Positions 1 to 12,599 of a stretch of 64,000 bases of DNA are shown here, piece after piece; positions within the stretch are counted from its first letter, which is position 1, and every line of letters begins with the position of its first letter. Position numbers and translations under genes: made by a program. This DNA is from Octopus sinensis (lineage: Eukaryota), in NCBI RefSeq assembly GCF_006345805.1, contig NW_021833265.1:1-64000 (forward strand), in the 5' to 3' direction. The notes under the pieces were generated by a model. The model did not search any database. It was not told the DNA's origin and was given only the letters and a program-made list of their open reading frames with translations.

Positions 1-183
1 ATTGGCCTTGATGGTTCGGTCTGTATGTACTGGAAAGTCCCACAGAATAGTTACATTTTCTCCTTCAGTTACAGCCTCAGGGTGGTGATTATACCACTTG
101 TCGGCAGTTTTGATATTGTAATGCCGACTTATTAGCCAGTGGAGATATTGGCCAACTCTGTCATGTCTTAATTTATACTCCAC
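1..183 (-). mobile_element. Fragment of a Dong/R4-type (restriction-like endonuclease) non-LTR retrotransposon
   Basis: Minus strand reads ..RHDRVGQYLHW..ILWDFPVHTDRTIKAN. Nearly identical to 49474-49655 and ends at an (ATT)n tract. Confidence 0.85.
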
Positions 184-206
184 TTATTATTATTATTATT
201 ATTATT

Positions 207-540
207 GGCGCATGGCTCAGTGGTTAGAGCGTCGAGCTTATGATCGTGAGGTTGTGAGCTCGAATCCCTGACCGGGCTGCGTGTTGTGTTCTTGAGCAAA
301 GCACTTTATTTCACGTTGCTCCAGTTCACTCAGCTGTAGAAATGAGTTGCGACGTCACAGGTGCCAAGCTGTATCGACCTTTGTCTTACCCTTGGATAAC
401 ACTGGTGGCGTGGAGAGGGGAGGCTGGTATGCATGGGCGACTGCTGGTCTTCCATAAACAACCTTGCCCGACTTGTGTCCAGGAGGGTAACTTTCTAGGT
501 GCAATCCCATGGTCATCCATGACCGAAGGGGGTCTTTACC
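207..540 (+). mobile_element. tRNA-derived CORE-type SINE, full length
   Basis: A-box TGGCTCAGTGG and B-box-like GCTCGAATCC, then the CORE-like TGTGTTCTTGAGCAAAGCACTTTATTTCACGTTGCTCCAGTTCACTCAGCTG. Flanked by (ATT)n. Related copies at 5091 and 19030. Confidence 0.85.
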
Positions 541-544
541 CCCT

Positions 545-568
545 TTATTATTATTATTATTATTATAA

Positions 569-650
<82 letters not shown>

Positions 651-663
651 ATATATATGTATA

Positions 664-715
<52 letters not shown>
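545..715. repeat. (TTA)n/(TA)n microsatellite
   Basis: Direct reading. Confidence 0.95.
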
Positions 716-716
<1 letters not shown>

Positions 717-2220
717 TAGCAGGCATACCCGGCGTCGCTCGGGATTAAATAGTAAAATTGGGGAGTCGCAAAATCCTCCAATCGTGTTATTTCACTATTC
801 CTTGGTGGTAATTTCTCCCTTGGAAATATATGTGGTAGCCGTCTGTTCCATATGGAAAAAGACATTGGATACATCAAAACATCACAGGATCGACGTAACT
901 CTGAAATTCTCAATCCACCTTTTTTCAAATGAAGAACAATATCTCTATTTTATGTAGGTTAATTTCATATTAAAATTGCAACTTCAACCCCTGTTGGTGC
1001 ATTAAAACACCAAACATGTTCCCGCATGATCTTCCTTGTCACGTTTATTTCCCCGAAATGATGGTAGATTTGACCTTGGATTCTCACAGATGGATTCAAA
1101 CCTTGGACAGGTGCACCTTTGTGATCAAAGCTGTTCAAGGCAAAGAGAGATACTCTCTTTGACAAAAAGTGATTGCTGAATTAATTTTCACCTGTAACTT
1201 TTCCATTTCCACTGCACATTCCTGGAGATTCTCCAGTAAATTTCATAGCGCCACAAAGTTTGGTCATCTCTCCAATTGCAGCCTTGTTATGTGGGTCATT
1301 CTATCATACAGCAATGCAGAATGTTTAGCATTTTGAATCTCACGTTGTCTTAAATTTTGATACCTATTTCTATGAAAAATCAAATGCTGTTGTGTCTCTT
1401 CTTCAGACTCATTTCTTTTTGCAAATATATAGCGAAATATATCTTGCTTCTGTCTTTCTTGATGCTCACCAAAGTTTCCATTTTGTCGAGACTCTGTTTG
1501 CCTCTGTCTTTGTCGAGAAAGTCGTTCGTCCTTTGCAGCACCGCTTTCAGATTGGCGAGACTCTCTTTGTCTTTGGCTTTGCCTAGAAAGTTGTTCTTCC
1601 TTTACATTACAGCTTTCAGATTGACGACGAAGCTTTATCATTTGTGCATGTAGAGTATTTGCATAAGGAGACTTCCTTTTCCGTGGTATAATGGGTGTCT
1701 GAAGAAAAATTAATAAAAAGAAAATGTTAAAAGAGTAGAGGCATTCACTAATACTTTTTCTTGCCATAATTCTAGTGATGATTTGTCATGGATAAAATAT
1801 GTAAATTTGCAGAATTCTATAAAAGAGAGGCAATTTTATTGTTTTATGTTTAATTAATAGAAAAGCCCCGTGATAATAAAGGTTCAAATACTCAAGTTAT
1901 GGGCTTCCAGAATTTGCTATATAAGGGGGTTTAGTCCCATTAGGGCGTCTTAATATTATAGAAATTCCCTGATATTTTGGGAATAGGCATAATTTCTGTT
2001 CATTTACCTATGGCTTAAATTTTCATTTAAATTAATTGGAAAAACTTTTTCAGTGGTGGGTTTGTGCACCCCGAAGATCCCTTCAATGAAAATGAAATAT
2101 ACTTATCCAAGTAACCTGGGTAATGTTGTTTCAGAATATATAAGGTTATGGGTGGGGTCTTTCTCCAAAACCGAAGGAGTTCGATAACTAACAGACAGAC
2201 AGAGGCTACAACTTTATATA
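716..2220 (-). mobile_element. Internally deleted Helitron derivative
   Basis: Minus-strand 3' end has hairpin CCCGAGCGACGCCGGG followed by terminal CTAG (716-719). Internal minus-strand remnants of Rep/Hel: charged repeat region (ORF 1264-1767), IGEMTKLCGAMKFTGESPGMCSGNGKV, VRIQGQIYH and FNAPTGVEVAIL. (ACAG)n near the 5' end. No Rep catalytic core or helicase seen. Confidence 0.8.
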
Positions 2221-2240
2221 TATATATATATAGTTAAATA

Positions 2241-2278
<38 letters not shown>

Positions 2279-2375
2279 ATATATATATGTATATATATAT
2301 GGATGTGTATTGATATAATATATATATATATAATATAATATATATATATATATGGATATATATATATATGTATTA

Positions 2376-2429
<54 letters not shown>

Positions 2430-2818
2430 ATATATAATATATCATTTAATGATATACCATCATAAGTGAGTTGTACGTCAATATATTAATGCATTTAAAT
2501 GCAGATCATATTCATAATTAATGTAAATAATTCAGGGCATCTGATATTGATAAATCGATGAAAAGTTCATACAATGATTTTCCTTCATAAAGAAGATAGA
2601 TTTAAGCAAGTAACATATCGTTCTTGACAAGCATTTCTACTTAGAAAACAGACAAGATGTTGCAGAGGAATTGTCTTCAAGTTATTTGTATGTAAAAGTT
2701 TTATTATATATTTTATATATTATATTTTAAATTGTTTAAGAATTTAGCCATCACCACGGAGAGCACGCAAAAACACATCTAGTATATATATATATTATAT
2801 ATATATATATTATATATA

Positions 2819-2861
<43 letters not shown>

Positions 2862-2865
2862 ATAC

Positions 2866-2942
2866 ACCAGGTGGTGCTATTAAGTTAGACATGGCCTGGG
2901 CCAATAATGGCCGAAACCTATCAAAGTATCAAAGTATCAAAG

Positions 2943-2944
<2 letters not shown>
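2866..2944 (+). mobile_element. ~80 bp extreme 3' tip of CR1-like LINE family 1
   Basis: Matches 12316-12388 and ends in the (TATCAAAG)n tail. Confidence 0.85.
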
Positions 2945-3201
<257 letters not shown>

Positions 3202-4162
3202 AATAGTAAAATAATGATTCAGATAGCATCAGGTACTTGAAAAGATAACCATTAGGCAGGGTGGATAAAGCTGTTGTTCCGGCCTATGTTTGATAAGTAT
3301 CAAATAGGCGATTTGATACTCCCTATGGAAATCACCCCTATGACTATTTAGCGCCTAGGAGCTGCTTCAAAGCATGTGTTACGTTGAGTGAACATCGTTG
3401 TTTTACTTTAGGATGTCCGACAAGTCGTAAATCCCCTTGGTATATTATAATCAAATGAATAATAAGAGATGATGAATAATTGTCAGCTCATTACAGCTGC
3501 TTCTTACGCATATTTTAAGCAATGATTTAAAAAAACCGTAATTATCAGATGAAACATAATTTTACAAACAATAGAATATCTCCAGAATACGGCAGGGACG
3601 TGGCTGAAGTCTGTTGGGGCTAACTATCAAATGAGAGAATGACCAACAAAATTATCCAACGTCTGTATTTATTCATTTGATTGTAAATAACAACAACAAC
3701 CACAACAACAACAACAACAATAATTCTAGCATAGAATAAACAGAGTTATGTTCATCCTGTCTTGCCAGTATAAAGGCCAATTTAGTCAGAGTTCCTCTGT
3801 AATTCATCCACTAATGTAGTATCACCTGATTAAATGAATGAATGATGATGATCAATCGGATGCCCATGGATAATACGGACTATACTGTACCAATCTCAAG
3901 GATACGGAGTCCGATGTTTAAATCGTGTGATTTGTGGAAACGCGCGTAGCGGTGTATTAACTATTTATAATTCCATCCTTGAATTCATCCTTCTTATTAT
4001 TATATTTATCCCACATTTAATCGGTATAACCATGGTGCAACCTCGAAAAACTGAATCACAAGTCAGTATCATTAGACGTTAGCCGCCATAAGGTAAAAGG
4101 AGTTATATTTGCATACCATTAACGTTACCATAAATAATTTAAAAGATATATATATGTATATA

Positions 4163-4219
<57 letters not shown>

Positions 4220-4235
4220 TATATATATGTATGTA

Positions 4236-4274
<39 letters not shown>

Positions 4275-4346
4275 TGTGTTTGTGTGTCTGTGTATTTATG
4301 TGTGTATATATAGATTAAATATGAATATATATGTGCATACATATGC

Positions 4347-4379
<33 letters not shown>

Positions 4380-4674
4380 TGTATGTATGTATGTATGTAT
4401 GTATGTATATATCTATTTATCTATCTATTAATTATTTTAAACGCTGTTAGTATAAGTAATGCAAGGCGTTACTCATAGTAATAGCCTTTAATTTAATTAA
4501 GGTATTTATATTTAAAGAAAAATTATATACTTTATATTAATTTTTTCCTAAATTTGTTTTTCACGCTGGCTACTTGATAAATCTTATACAGATTTTATCC
4601 TTATATATGCATATAAATATATTACACACACACATACATACATACATGCATACATACATACATACATACATACA

Positions 4675-4710
<36 letters not shown>

Positions 4711-4844
4711 TATATTTATATATGTATGTATGTATGCATGTATATGTATATGTATATGTATATATATATATACATATTATATATATATACATATATATAT
4801 ACATATATATATTATATATATATATATATATACATATATATATA

Positions 4845-4910
<66 letters not shown>

Positions 4911-5090
4911 AAATAAATTTGAGAAACACCACCTTTTATCAATTCAACAATGAAATAACAATGATATAATTAAATTATACCATATAGAAAAAAATTAAAT
5001 ATTAAAAAAATATATTTGGAATAATATGTATATGTATTCCCTAATATATATATACATATATATATATACATACATTCATATATATGTACG

Positions 5091-5299
5091 CAGCTGTAGA
5101 AATGAGTTGCGACGTCACTGGTGCCAAGCTGTATCGACCTTTGTCTTTCCCTTGGATAACACTGGTGGCGTGGAGAGGGGAGGCTGGTATGCATGGGCGA
5201 CTGCTGGTCTTCCATAAACAACCTTGCCCGGACTTGTGTCTAGGAGGGTAACTTTCTAGGTGCAATCCCATGGTCATTCATGACCGAAGGGGGTCTTTT
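5091..5299 (+). mobile_element. 5'-truncated CORE-type SINE
   Basis: Highly similar to 331-540. Confidence 0.85.
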
Positions 5300-5302
5300 A
5301 TG

Positions 5303-5348
<46 letters not shown>

Positions 5349-5351
<3 letters not shown>

Positions 5352-5940
5352 TTTGATACTTTGATAGGTTTCGGCCATTATTGGCCCAGGCCATGTCTAA
5401 CTTAATAGCACCACCTGGTGAAGTCTTTCAAGTCAGAATTTGGGCAGTATGGCCCACTCAAGTAGAGAGTTATTGTTTACAGAGACATATCCGGGTGTAG
5501 GGGTTTATCCGGGATTTCTTGAAGGAATCTGTCCAAAGACTTCTTGAACCCTATAGGGTCAGTTTCTGTTTTAATGTGTTTTGGTGTAATGTTAAAGAGA
5601 GCGGGGCCAATTGAGGTGAAATAATTGTGCCGTATTGTTGTTATGAGATGAGAGTGCGATTTTTGTTTTGGGCGGATGGCACGGGGCCCAAGCCTTGGAT
5701 GTACCTTAAAGGTGATGCCAACATCATTTGGGCAATGCTGATGGAATATTTTCCACATCATGCAGATGATGTAGCGCTCACGACGACGTTGGAGAGAATA
5801 GAGTTTTAGCCTTTCCAGTCGACCCCAATAGTCGAGGCCTGTCATGCCATCTATCTTTTTTGTGATTGCCCTTTGAGGTGCTTCAACTTTTATGATACCT
5901 TGTATTGTGTGGGGAGACCACAGTGGACAACAGTATTCAA
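5349..5940 (-). mobile_element. 5'-truncated CR1-like LINE family 1
   Basis: Near-identical reverse complement of 11794-12388, including the (TATCAAAG)n tail. Confidence 0.9.
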
Positions 5941-5955
5941 TATATATATATATAT

Positions 5956-8345
5956 AAATCCTTAAATCCTTAAAAATGTTTTAGCCCGAAGGCCGCGGCC
6001 ATGCTGGGGCATCACCGCTGAATGAGCTACACTAATATGTGAATCCACCTCTGATACGTAGCACTTGATCAACAATGGAGTTCGATGCTGCTGCCCGCAT
6101 CTGCGTCTCCTGTCGTGAGGTAGGTTCATCTGGGACTCCCGACAAGAAGAGATCCAGTGTAGTTTTAAAGAAACCCATATCCACACCATGTAAGTCTCTC
6201 AGGCATTTAGGGAGGATGTTAAAGAGCTGTGGTCCGATGAAACCCAAGCTGTTGCAGTATCTGGACCTGTATTTTGATGGTGATGTTGGAATCCTTGGCA
6301 CCATGCAGTGGCGCCCCGTACTGCGGTTGGGGTAACTTTGAATGCCAAAGTTTGGGACAAGACCCTCCAGGATTTTCCAGATGTATATCACCGCATATCT
6401 CTACCGCCTCCGCTCTAGGGAGAAGAGGTTTAATACTTTCAGTCTTTCCCAGTAGCTGATATTTTGCACTGAGAAGATTTTCTTTGTGTAGCTTCTCTGA
6501 ACTGCCTCGAGTTCTGCTGTTAGTTTTATATTGTGTGGCGACCATAGTTGGGAGCAGTAGTCCAAGCGGATGAGGACGAATGTTTTCCATAGGACCATCA
6601 GTGTCTCCTTCTCTCTTGTTCTGAAAGTTCGGAGAATCCATCCAGCTAGCCGTCTGCATTTTATCACCAGATTAGTAATATGCACTTGGAAAGATGCATC
6701 ATTGCTCATGTCAATGCCCAGGTCACGCACTGATTTTGACTCAGGGATTGCAATTCTTCCTGGACCAGTGTATCCAGTCTGCACATCGTTTACCTTTGTG
6801 TGCCGGTAGCGCAGGGCCTGGAACTTACCTGCATTAAACTGCATGTTGTTGTCCTCAGCCCACCTGTATATTGTGTCCAACTCCTGTTGCAGATGCGCAA
6901 TATTGTCAGGGCTTTGTATTGTGTGGGAGACTTTTGTGTCATCTGCATAGCTAGCAAGGGTGGCCATCGTAGCAACTGAAGGCATGTCTGAAAGGGCCAC
7001 TATGAACATCAGTAGCCCCAAGACAGTGCCCTGTGGGACACTGCTTGTTATTTGCGTTTCCTTGGAGGTAGCTCCATTGCTCACAACTGCCTGTTTTCTG
7101 TCTTTTAGGAAGTTGTGCAGCCACTCTCCAAGTTTTCCGCCTATGCCGAGACCACGCAGTTTGTGACAGATCATACCATGGTCTCCTTTATCAAAGGCTT
7201 TTGCAAAGTCGAGATATATTACATCCACATTTGAGCTATTTAGTAGCTGTTTCAACACCCAGTCATAGCAGCTTCTACCTGGTCGAAATCCATGCTGGGT
7301 GTCAGACAGCAAGTCATTTTTTTCAAGGAACATGATTAGTTACTTACGGACTATTCGTTCCATGACTTTGCTGATGTGTGAGGTCAGAGAGATAGGCCTA
7401 TAATTTTTAGCATCTGCTCTGCTACCTCCCTTATGGATAGGGCATATTACCCCCTCTTTCAATTTGACTGGGAGCTTACCACTTGCAAGAAAGCTCTGAA
7501 AAAGAAGCTGTAGCGGTTTTGCAAGGGCTCGTTTGCACGATTTGAGAAGGATCGCTGGGAATCCATCAGGTCCAGCAGCTGAGTTTGTGTCAATCTCATC
7601 TATGGCTAGTGTGATATCATCATCTTCGATGTTGATGTACTCAATTTTTGCCTCTTTGGCCGCAGGTAAAGTGGCAAAGAATTCTTCTGGGTTGTTTACT
7701 TGCCTGTGTCCTAGAGGTGTAGTGAACACACTTTGGAATTGTTCGTTCAGTATTTCACTTATCCTCGTGGGATTTCCTGTGAGAGAGCCATCTTTTTGGA
7801 AGAGAGGTCCTATTCTCTGGTGCACTGTGGCTGTTTCTTTGGCAAACTTAAAGAAAGCTTTAGGGTTTGATTTTATATTTTCTATTACCCAAGCTTCTTT
7901 ATCTGCTCTCTCCTTTTCATGGGACTGATGCAGACTTTTCTCAATTTCCATTAGCATTCTCTCAAGCCGAGACTTCTCACCACATTTGGTGTGCTTGCTC
8001 AGGCGGTTCGCAATCCTTGTCCGTCGTCTCATAAGAATCTTCCTTTCTCTAGGGATCCTGTTTTTGTTTTTGTTTTTGTGTGTGCTGGCCCTGCACACTG
8101 GGACATATTTGTCACATATGGGTTGTATTATGGACATGAAGTGTTTGTGTTTCATGTTAATGTCCGGTGTGGAGAGACATTTAGGCCAATCCTGTTTGAG
8201 GATCTCTTTCTCAATCAACTTCTAGTTTGCTTTATGAAAGTTGGCGAGATATGGTGGATGCTTCGTATAGGCTGTGTGTCTACGGGGGCTTTTGGTCCAT
8301 ACATAGACAGGTCTATTATGTTGTGATCCGAGATCATTGACGGCA
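5956..8345 (-). mobile_element. 5'-truncated CR1/L2-group LINE family 2 (RT plus end of the APE domain)
   Basis: ORFs 7340-8218, 6401-7333 and 6032-6391: GPDGFPAILLK, YRPISLTS, QHGFRPGRSC, YLDFAKAFD, VPQGTVLG, YADD. SDH motif at ~8325. 3' tail (AAGGATTT)n. Confidence 0.9.
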
Positions 8346-8360
8346 TCACATTAACATTAT

Positions 8361-8400
<40 letters not shown>

Positions 8401-8419
8401 GAGGGCATTATTATATTAA

Positions 8420-8997
8420 GGACAACTTCTTAATAAGGAAAACTTAACAAGAAATTATCGGGTAGATAGCGTGAAAGACCTCATAAGAGAAAAAATTTCG
8501 AAAATAATTCTTTCTTATTGAACATATTAATTTATATATAGAGGGCATTATTATACATACATGCCACACGCTAAGAGGGACAAAATGCAATTCGTAAAAG
8601 TCTGCCATTTACCGGATGTAATATATGTAAACTCACCCATGTGCTTCGTTGATGTTGATCAGTTAGCTGCTCGGCTTAGACGAGGTAGGGTCGTTTATTT
8701 ATGATACGTCCAGGCTTGCTGATGAATACAGAGGTATGAAATCACAGGTGATACAAGTCCATATTTTTAAATGTCTTACTTTGAAAATTGCATTCGGTGG
8801 GATTAGTAAAATTTTTGGTAGAAATGACTAATTTTGTCCCTCTTAGCGTGTGGCATGTATGTATAATAATGCCCTCTATATATAAATTAATATGTTCAAT
8901 AAGAAATAATTATTTTCGAAATTTTTTCTCTTATGAGGTCTTTCACGCTATCTACCCGATAATTTCTTGTTAAGTTTTCCTTATTAAGAAGTTGTCC
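8420..8997. mobile_element. MITE with ~165 bp terminal inverted repeats, TTAA flanks and GG..CC termini (Kolobok-like)
   Basis: 8420-8592 is the reverse complement of ~8830-8997. TTAA at 8416-8419 and 8998-9001. Confidence 0.7.
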
Positions 8998-9004
8998 TTA
9001 ATTG

Positions 9005-9084
<80 letters not shown>

Positions 9085-9159
9085 GTGTGTATTTCCTTGT
9101 TAACATGTGTCGGAAGTAAAAGTATTTGAATTATACCTGCGTTAAACTACATTTATCTG

Positions 9160-9210
<51 letters not shown>

Positions 9211-9226
9211 CTCTATCTCTCTCTCT

Positions 9227-9294
<68 letters not shown>

Positions 9295-9295
<1 letters not shown>

Positions 9296-9470
9296 AGGGA
9301 GAGTTCACAAAAAAACAAAAGACGAAGACAGGTGGTGTAGACAAAAAACAGATGTATTAGTATAACGGTCTGGAAGTGAAAAAGTCTTTAACGTTTCGAG
9401 CCTACGCTCTTCGACAGAAAGGAACACAGAAATGAACAGGGAGAGAAAATATAGAATGTGTAGTGGCTAG
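9295..9470 (-). mobile_element. Penelope-like element terminal (pseudo-LTR) fragment
   Basis: Minus-strand GAAGAGCGTAGGCTCGAAACGTT motif. A shorter related copy lies at ~47497-47550. Confidence 0.5.
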
Positions 9471-10279
9471 AGATCTATCATGGCGAATGCCGGACATGTA
9501 TAGAGTGTCAGGTGTGATGTACTGAATTGAATATCGAGAAAAAAAATCGCCAGAATTTTGGAAAAAGATCCTTTTATTTCTTCATTATTATTAACGCTTT
9601 CGTTCTTCTCTAGAACTTGTCAAATACAATTTTGTGAATGTACAAACAGCTTGTTCATTTATATAAAACAGATGTTTTTTTGGGTTTTGTTTAGAAGAGA
9701 ACATTGTTTTTGTTTTTGGGTGAGGTTCCAAGACAATGGAGATGGATAGATAGAAATATAGGTAGGTAGATAGGCTGATAGATAGATTGATAGATATATA
9801 GATATATAGTTAGTTATATAGATAGTCAGATAGATAGATAGATAGATAGATAGATGAGTAGAAGGTAAGAGAGAGAGAAGGGGTATCCACCTTCCTATTC
9901 ACCATTCATTCATTTATTTAATTAGTTTTCCTTTTACCATTGTATTGGAAAGAATTTAAGGATGGTGACGTCTTAAAAAAATAAATAAAAATTTAAAATA
10001 AAAACAGGTGTGGTTTGGTCATCACTGAAAGTCTTTTTTGCTTTCTTTCTTATCCTCTTCTTTATTCCTCCTTTCTTTCTTTTTCTCCTCTTTGTGTTAT
10101 ATTTAGAATATACCCATTCCAAACATTCATTTTTGGAGGGAATGTTTTGATAAGGCTTAGTTCTGCATGAAAATACATTAGTATAATATTTGCAAATTAA
10201 CAATTTGAAAAATCAATCAGTAAATAAAATAAAACGAATATATATGTGCAAAACACTCCCCACCAAGACCTGTGAACAA

Positions 10280-12388
10280 AAAGTGCAGAATCCCCCAAAA
10301 CAGAAAAAACTATTATCAGAAAAATAAAAAGAACAAACAAAAAAATTAACAAACTAAAGTACTGCCAACAGCAACACACACATTCGACGGCTATCGCACT
10401 GCTTGAATCCAAAAAATATAACCTCCAACAATGCATGAAGACCCTCATCAATAACCAAAGATCAGCTGAGGAGAAGTGGGCCATTGAAAAAATCAAACTC
10501 AACCCCAAAGTGTTCTTTTCATTTGCGAGGAAACGCAGGGTCACTGTCTCCATTGTTGGCCCTCTAATTGATGAAACTGGCACTCTCCAAGATAATGCCA
10601 AATCCATGGCCGAGATACTGCAGAAACAATACTGCTCTGTTTTCAGCAATCCTGATATGGCCGATCTGGGCTGTATCAGTGATGTCACCCCCCAACACAC
10701 TATATCGGACATAACGTTTAGTGCCCCTGATGTCTTAGCGGCGATAAACGAAATAAAACACAATTCAGCAGTAGGCCCCGATAGGTTCCCTGCTTGTGTC
10801 CTGAAGGTGTGTCGACACCAACTTGCATCTCCCCTTGCTAATCTGTGGAGAAACTCACTGGATGCTGGCTATATTCCAAAAACCTTCTGTCCCAGTCTGT
10901 TGTCCCAGTTTTCAAAAAGGAAACAAGTCCCTTGCAGTGAACTACCGTCCGATCTCACTCACCTCTCATATCATCAAGGTATTTGAGAGGGTGGTGAGAT
11001 CTCGAATAACCCAATTTCTGGAAAGCAACAGACGGCTGATCTCTAACCAACATGGGTTCCGTAATGGAAGGGACTGCCTAACGCAGCTCCTGCATCACTT
11101 TGATGACATTTTGAGAGCTTTGGGAGAGGGCTCCAACACCGATGTCATCTACCTTGATTTCAGTAAGGCCTTCGACAGGATTGATCACAAGATCCTATTG
11201 AAAAAACTATCCAGCATTGGTGTCTCTGGAAAGTTACTGAAATGGATCAAGTGTTTCCTGACAGACAGATCTCAACATGTTGTAGTTGAAGGGGTAAAAT
11301 CAAGCCCAGCCAAAGTCAGTAGTGGCGTTCCGCAAGGCACTGTGCTGGGCCCACTTCTTTTCATCATCTACATTAATGACATTAATGACATCATCAAGCA
11401 CAGCAACATAAAAATCTTTGCAGATGATTCCAAGCTACAGAAGGTCATAAATGAGGCGAGTGACCGGACATGCCTTCAGTCAGATCTACTGGCTGTTATC
11501 CAATGGGCAGAAAAAAAACAATATGCTGCTGAACGAGGATAAATTTGAGTTAATCCACTTTGGAAAAGAGGATGCCCTGAAACTCCCATACTCCCTTCCT
11601 TCAGGTGAAACTCTCGTGGCATCCAACAACATCAGAGACTTGGGAGTAATTGTGGACAACATAAGCTGGGCCACTCATATAAACACCAAAGTTGACATGG
11701 CCCGCAGAATGTGTTCCTGGATTCTCAGAACTTTCCAGTCGAGAGATATCCACACCATTATCCTTCTCTTCTCCACTTTTGCCCGACCCCACCTTGAATA
11801 CTGTTGTCCACTGTGGTCTCCCCACACAAAACAAAGTACCATAAAATTTGAAGCACCTCAAAGGGCAATCACAAAAAAGATAGATGGCATGACAGGCCTC
11901 GACTATTGGGGTCGACTAGAAAAGCTAAAACTCTATTCTCTCCAACGTCGTCGTGAGCGCTACATCATCTGAATGATGTGGAAAATATTCCATCAGCATT
12001 GCCCAAATGATGTTGGCATCACCTTTAAGGTACATCCAAGGCTTGGGCCCCGTGCCATCCGCCCAAAACAAAAATCGCACTCTCATCTCATAACAACAAT
12101 ACGGCACAATTATTTCACCTCAATTGGCCCCGCTCTCTTTAACATTACACCAAAACACATTAAAACAGAAACTGACCCTATAGGGTTCAAGAAGTCTTTG
12201 GACAGATTCCTTCAAGAAATCCCGGATAAACCCCCTACACCCGGATATGTCTCTGTAAACAATAACTCTCTACTTGAGTGGGCCATACTGCCCAAATTCT
12301 GACTTGAAAGACTTCACCAGGTGGTGCTATTAAGTTAGACATGGCCTGGGCCAATAATGGCCGAAACCTATCAAAGTATCAAAGTATA
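10280..12388 (+). mobile_element. 5'-truncated, frameshifted CR1-like LINE family 1 (RT)
   Basis: ORFs 10435-12302: GPDRFP, YRPISLTSH, QHGFRNGR, YLDFSKAFD, GVPQGTVLGP, FADD. (TATCAAAG)n tail. Confidence 0.92.
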
Positions 12389-12599
12389 TATACACACATA
12401 CACACATACTTATATATACGTAAAGCTAGAACATCCCAATGCTACACATAGATATGATTCCTTGATGAAGTGTGTGTGTGTGTACGTGCGTGTGTGTGTG
12501 CATGTTTCTGTGTGCGTGTGTGAGTGTGTGTGCGTATGTTTGGGAACATGTCCATGTTTATCCTGTGTAACTCCAATCATGCCTCATAATTTTGCGTTA

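Noticed and set aside
207-280. tRNA gene calls for the tRNA-like heads (also 18965, 19200, 33920, 37582)
   Set aside because: The heads continue into CORE or Meta domains and tails, and no complete cloverleaf is evident, so they are SINEs.
1264-1767. Host coiled-coil protein gene
   Set aside because: It lies inside the Helitron and leads by frameshift into Helitron Rep motifs.
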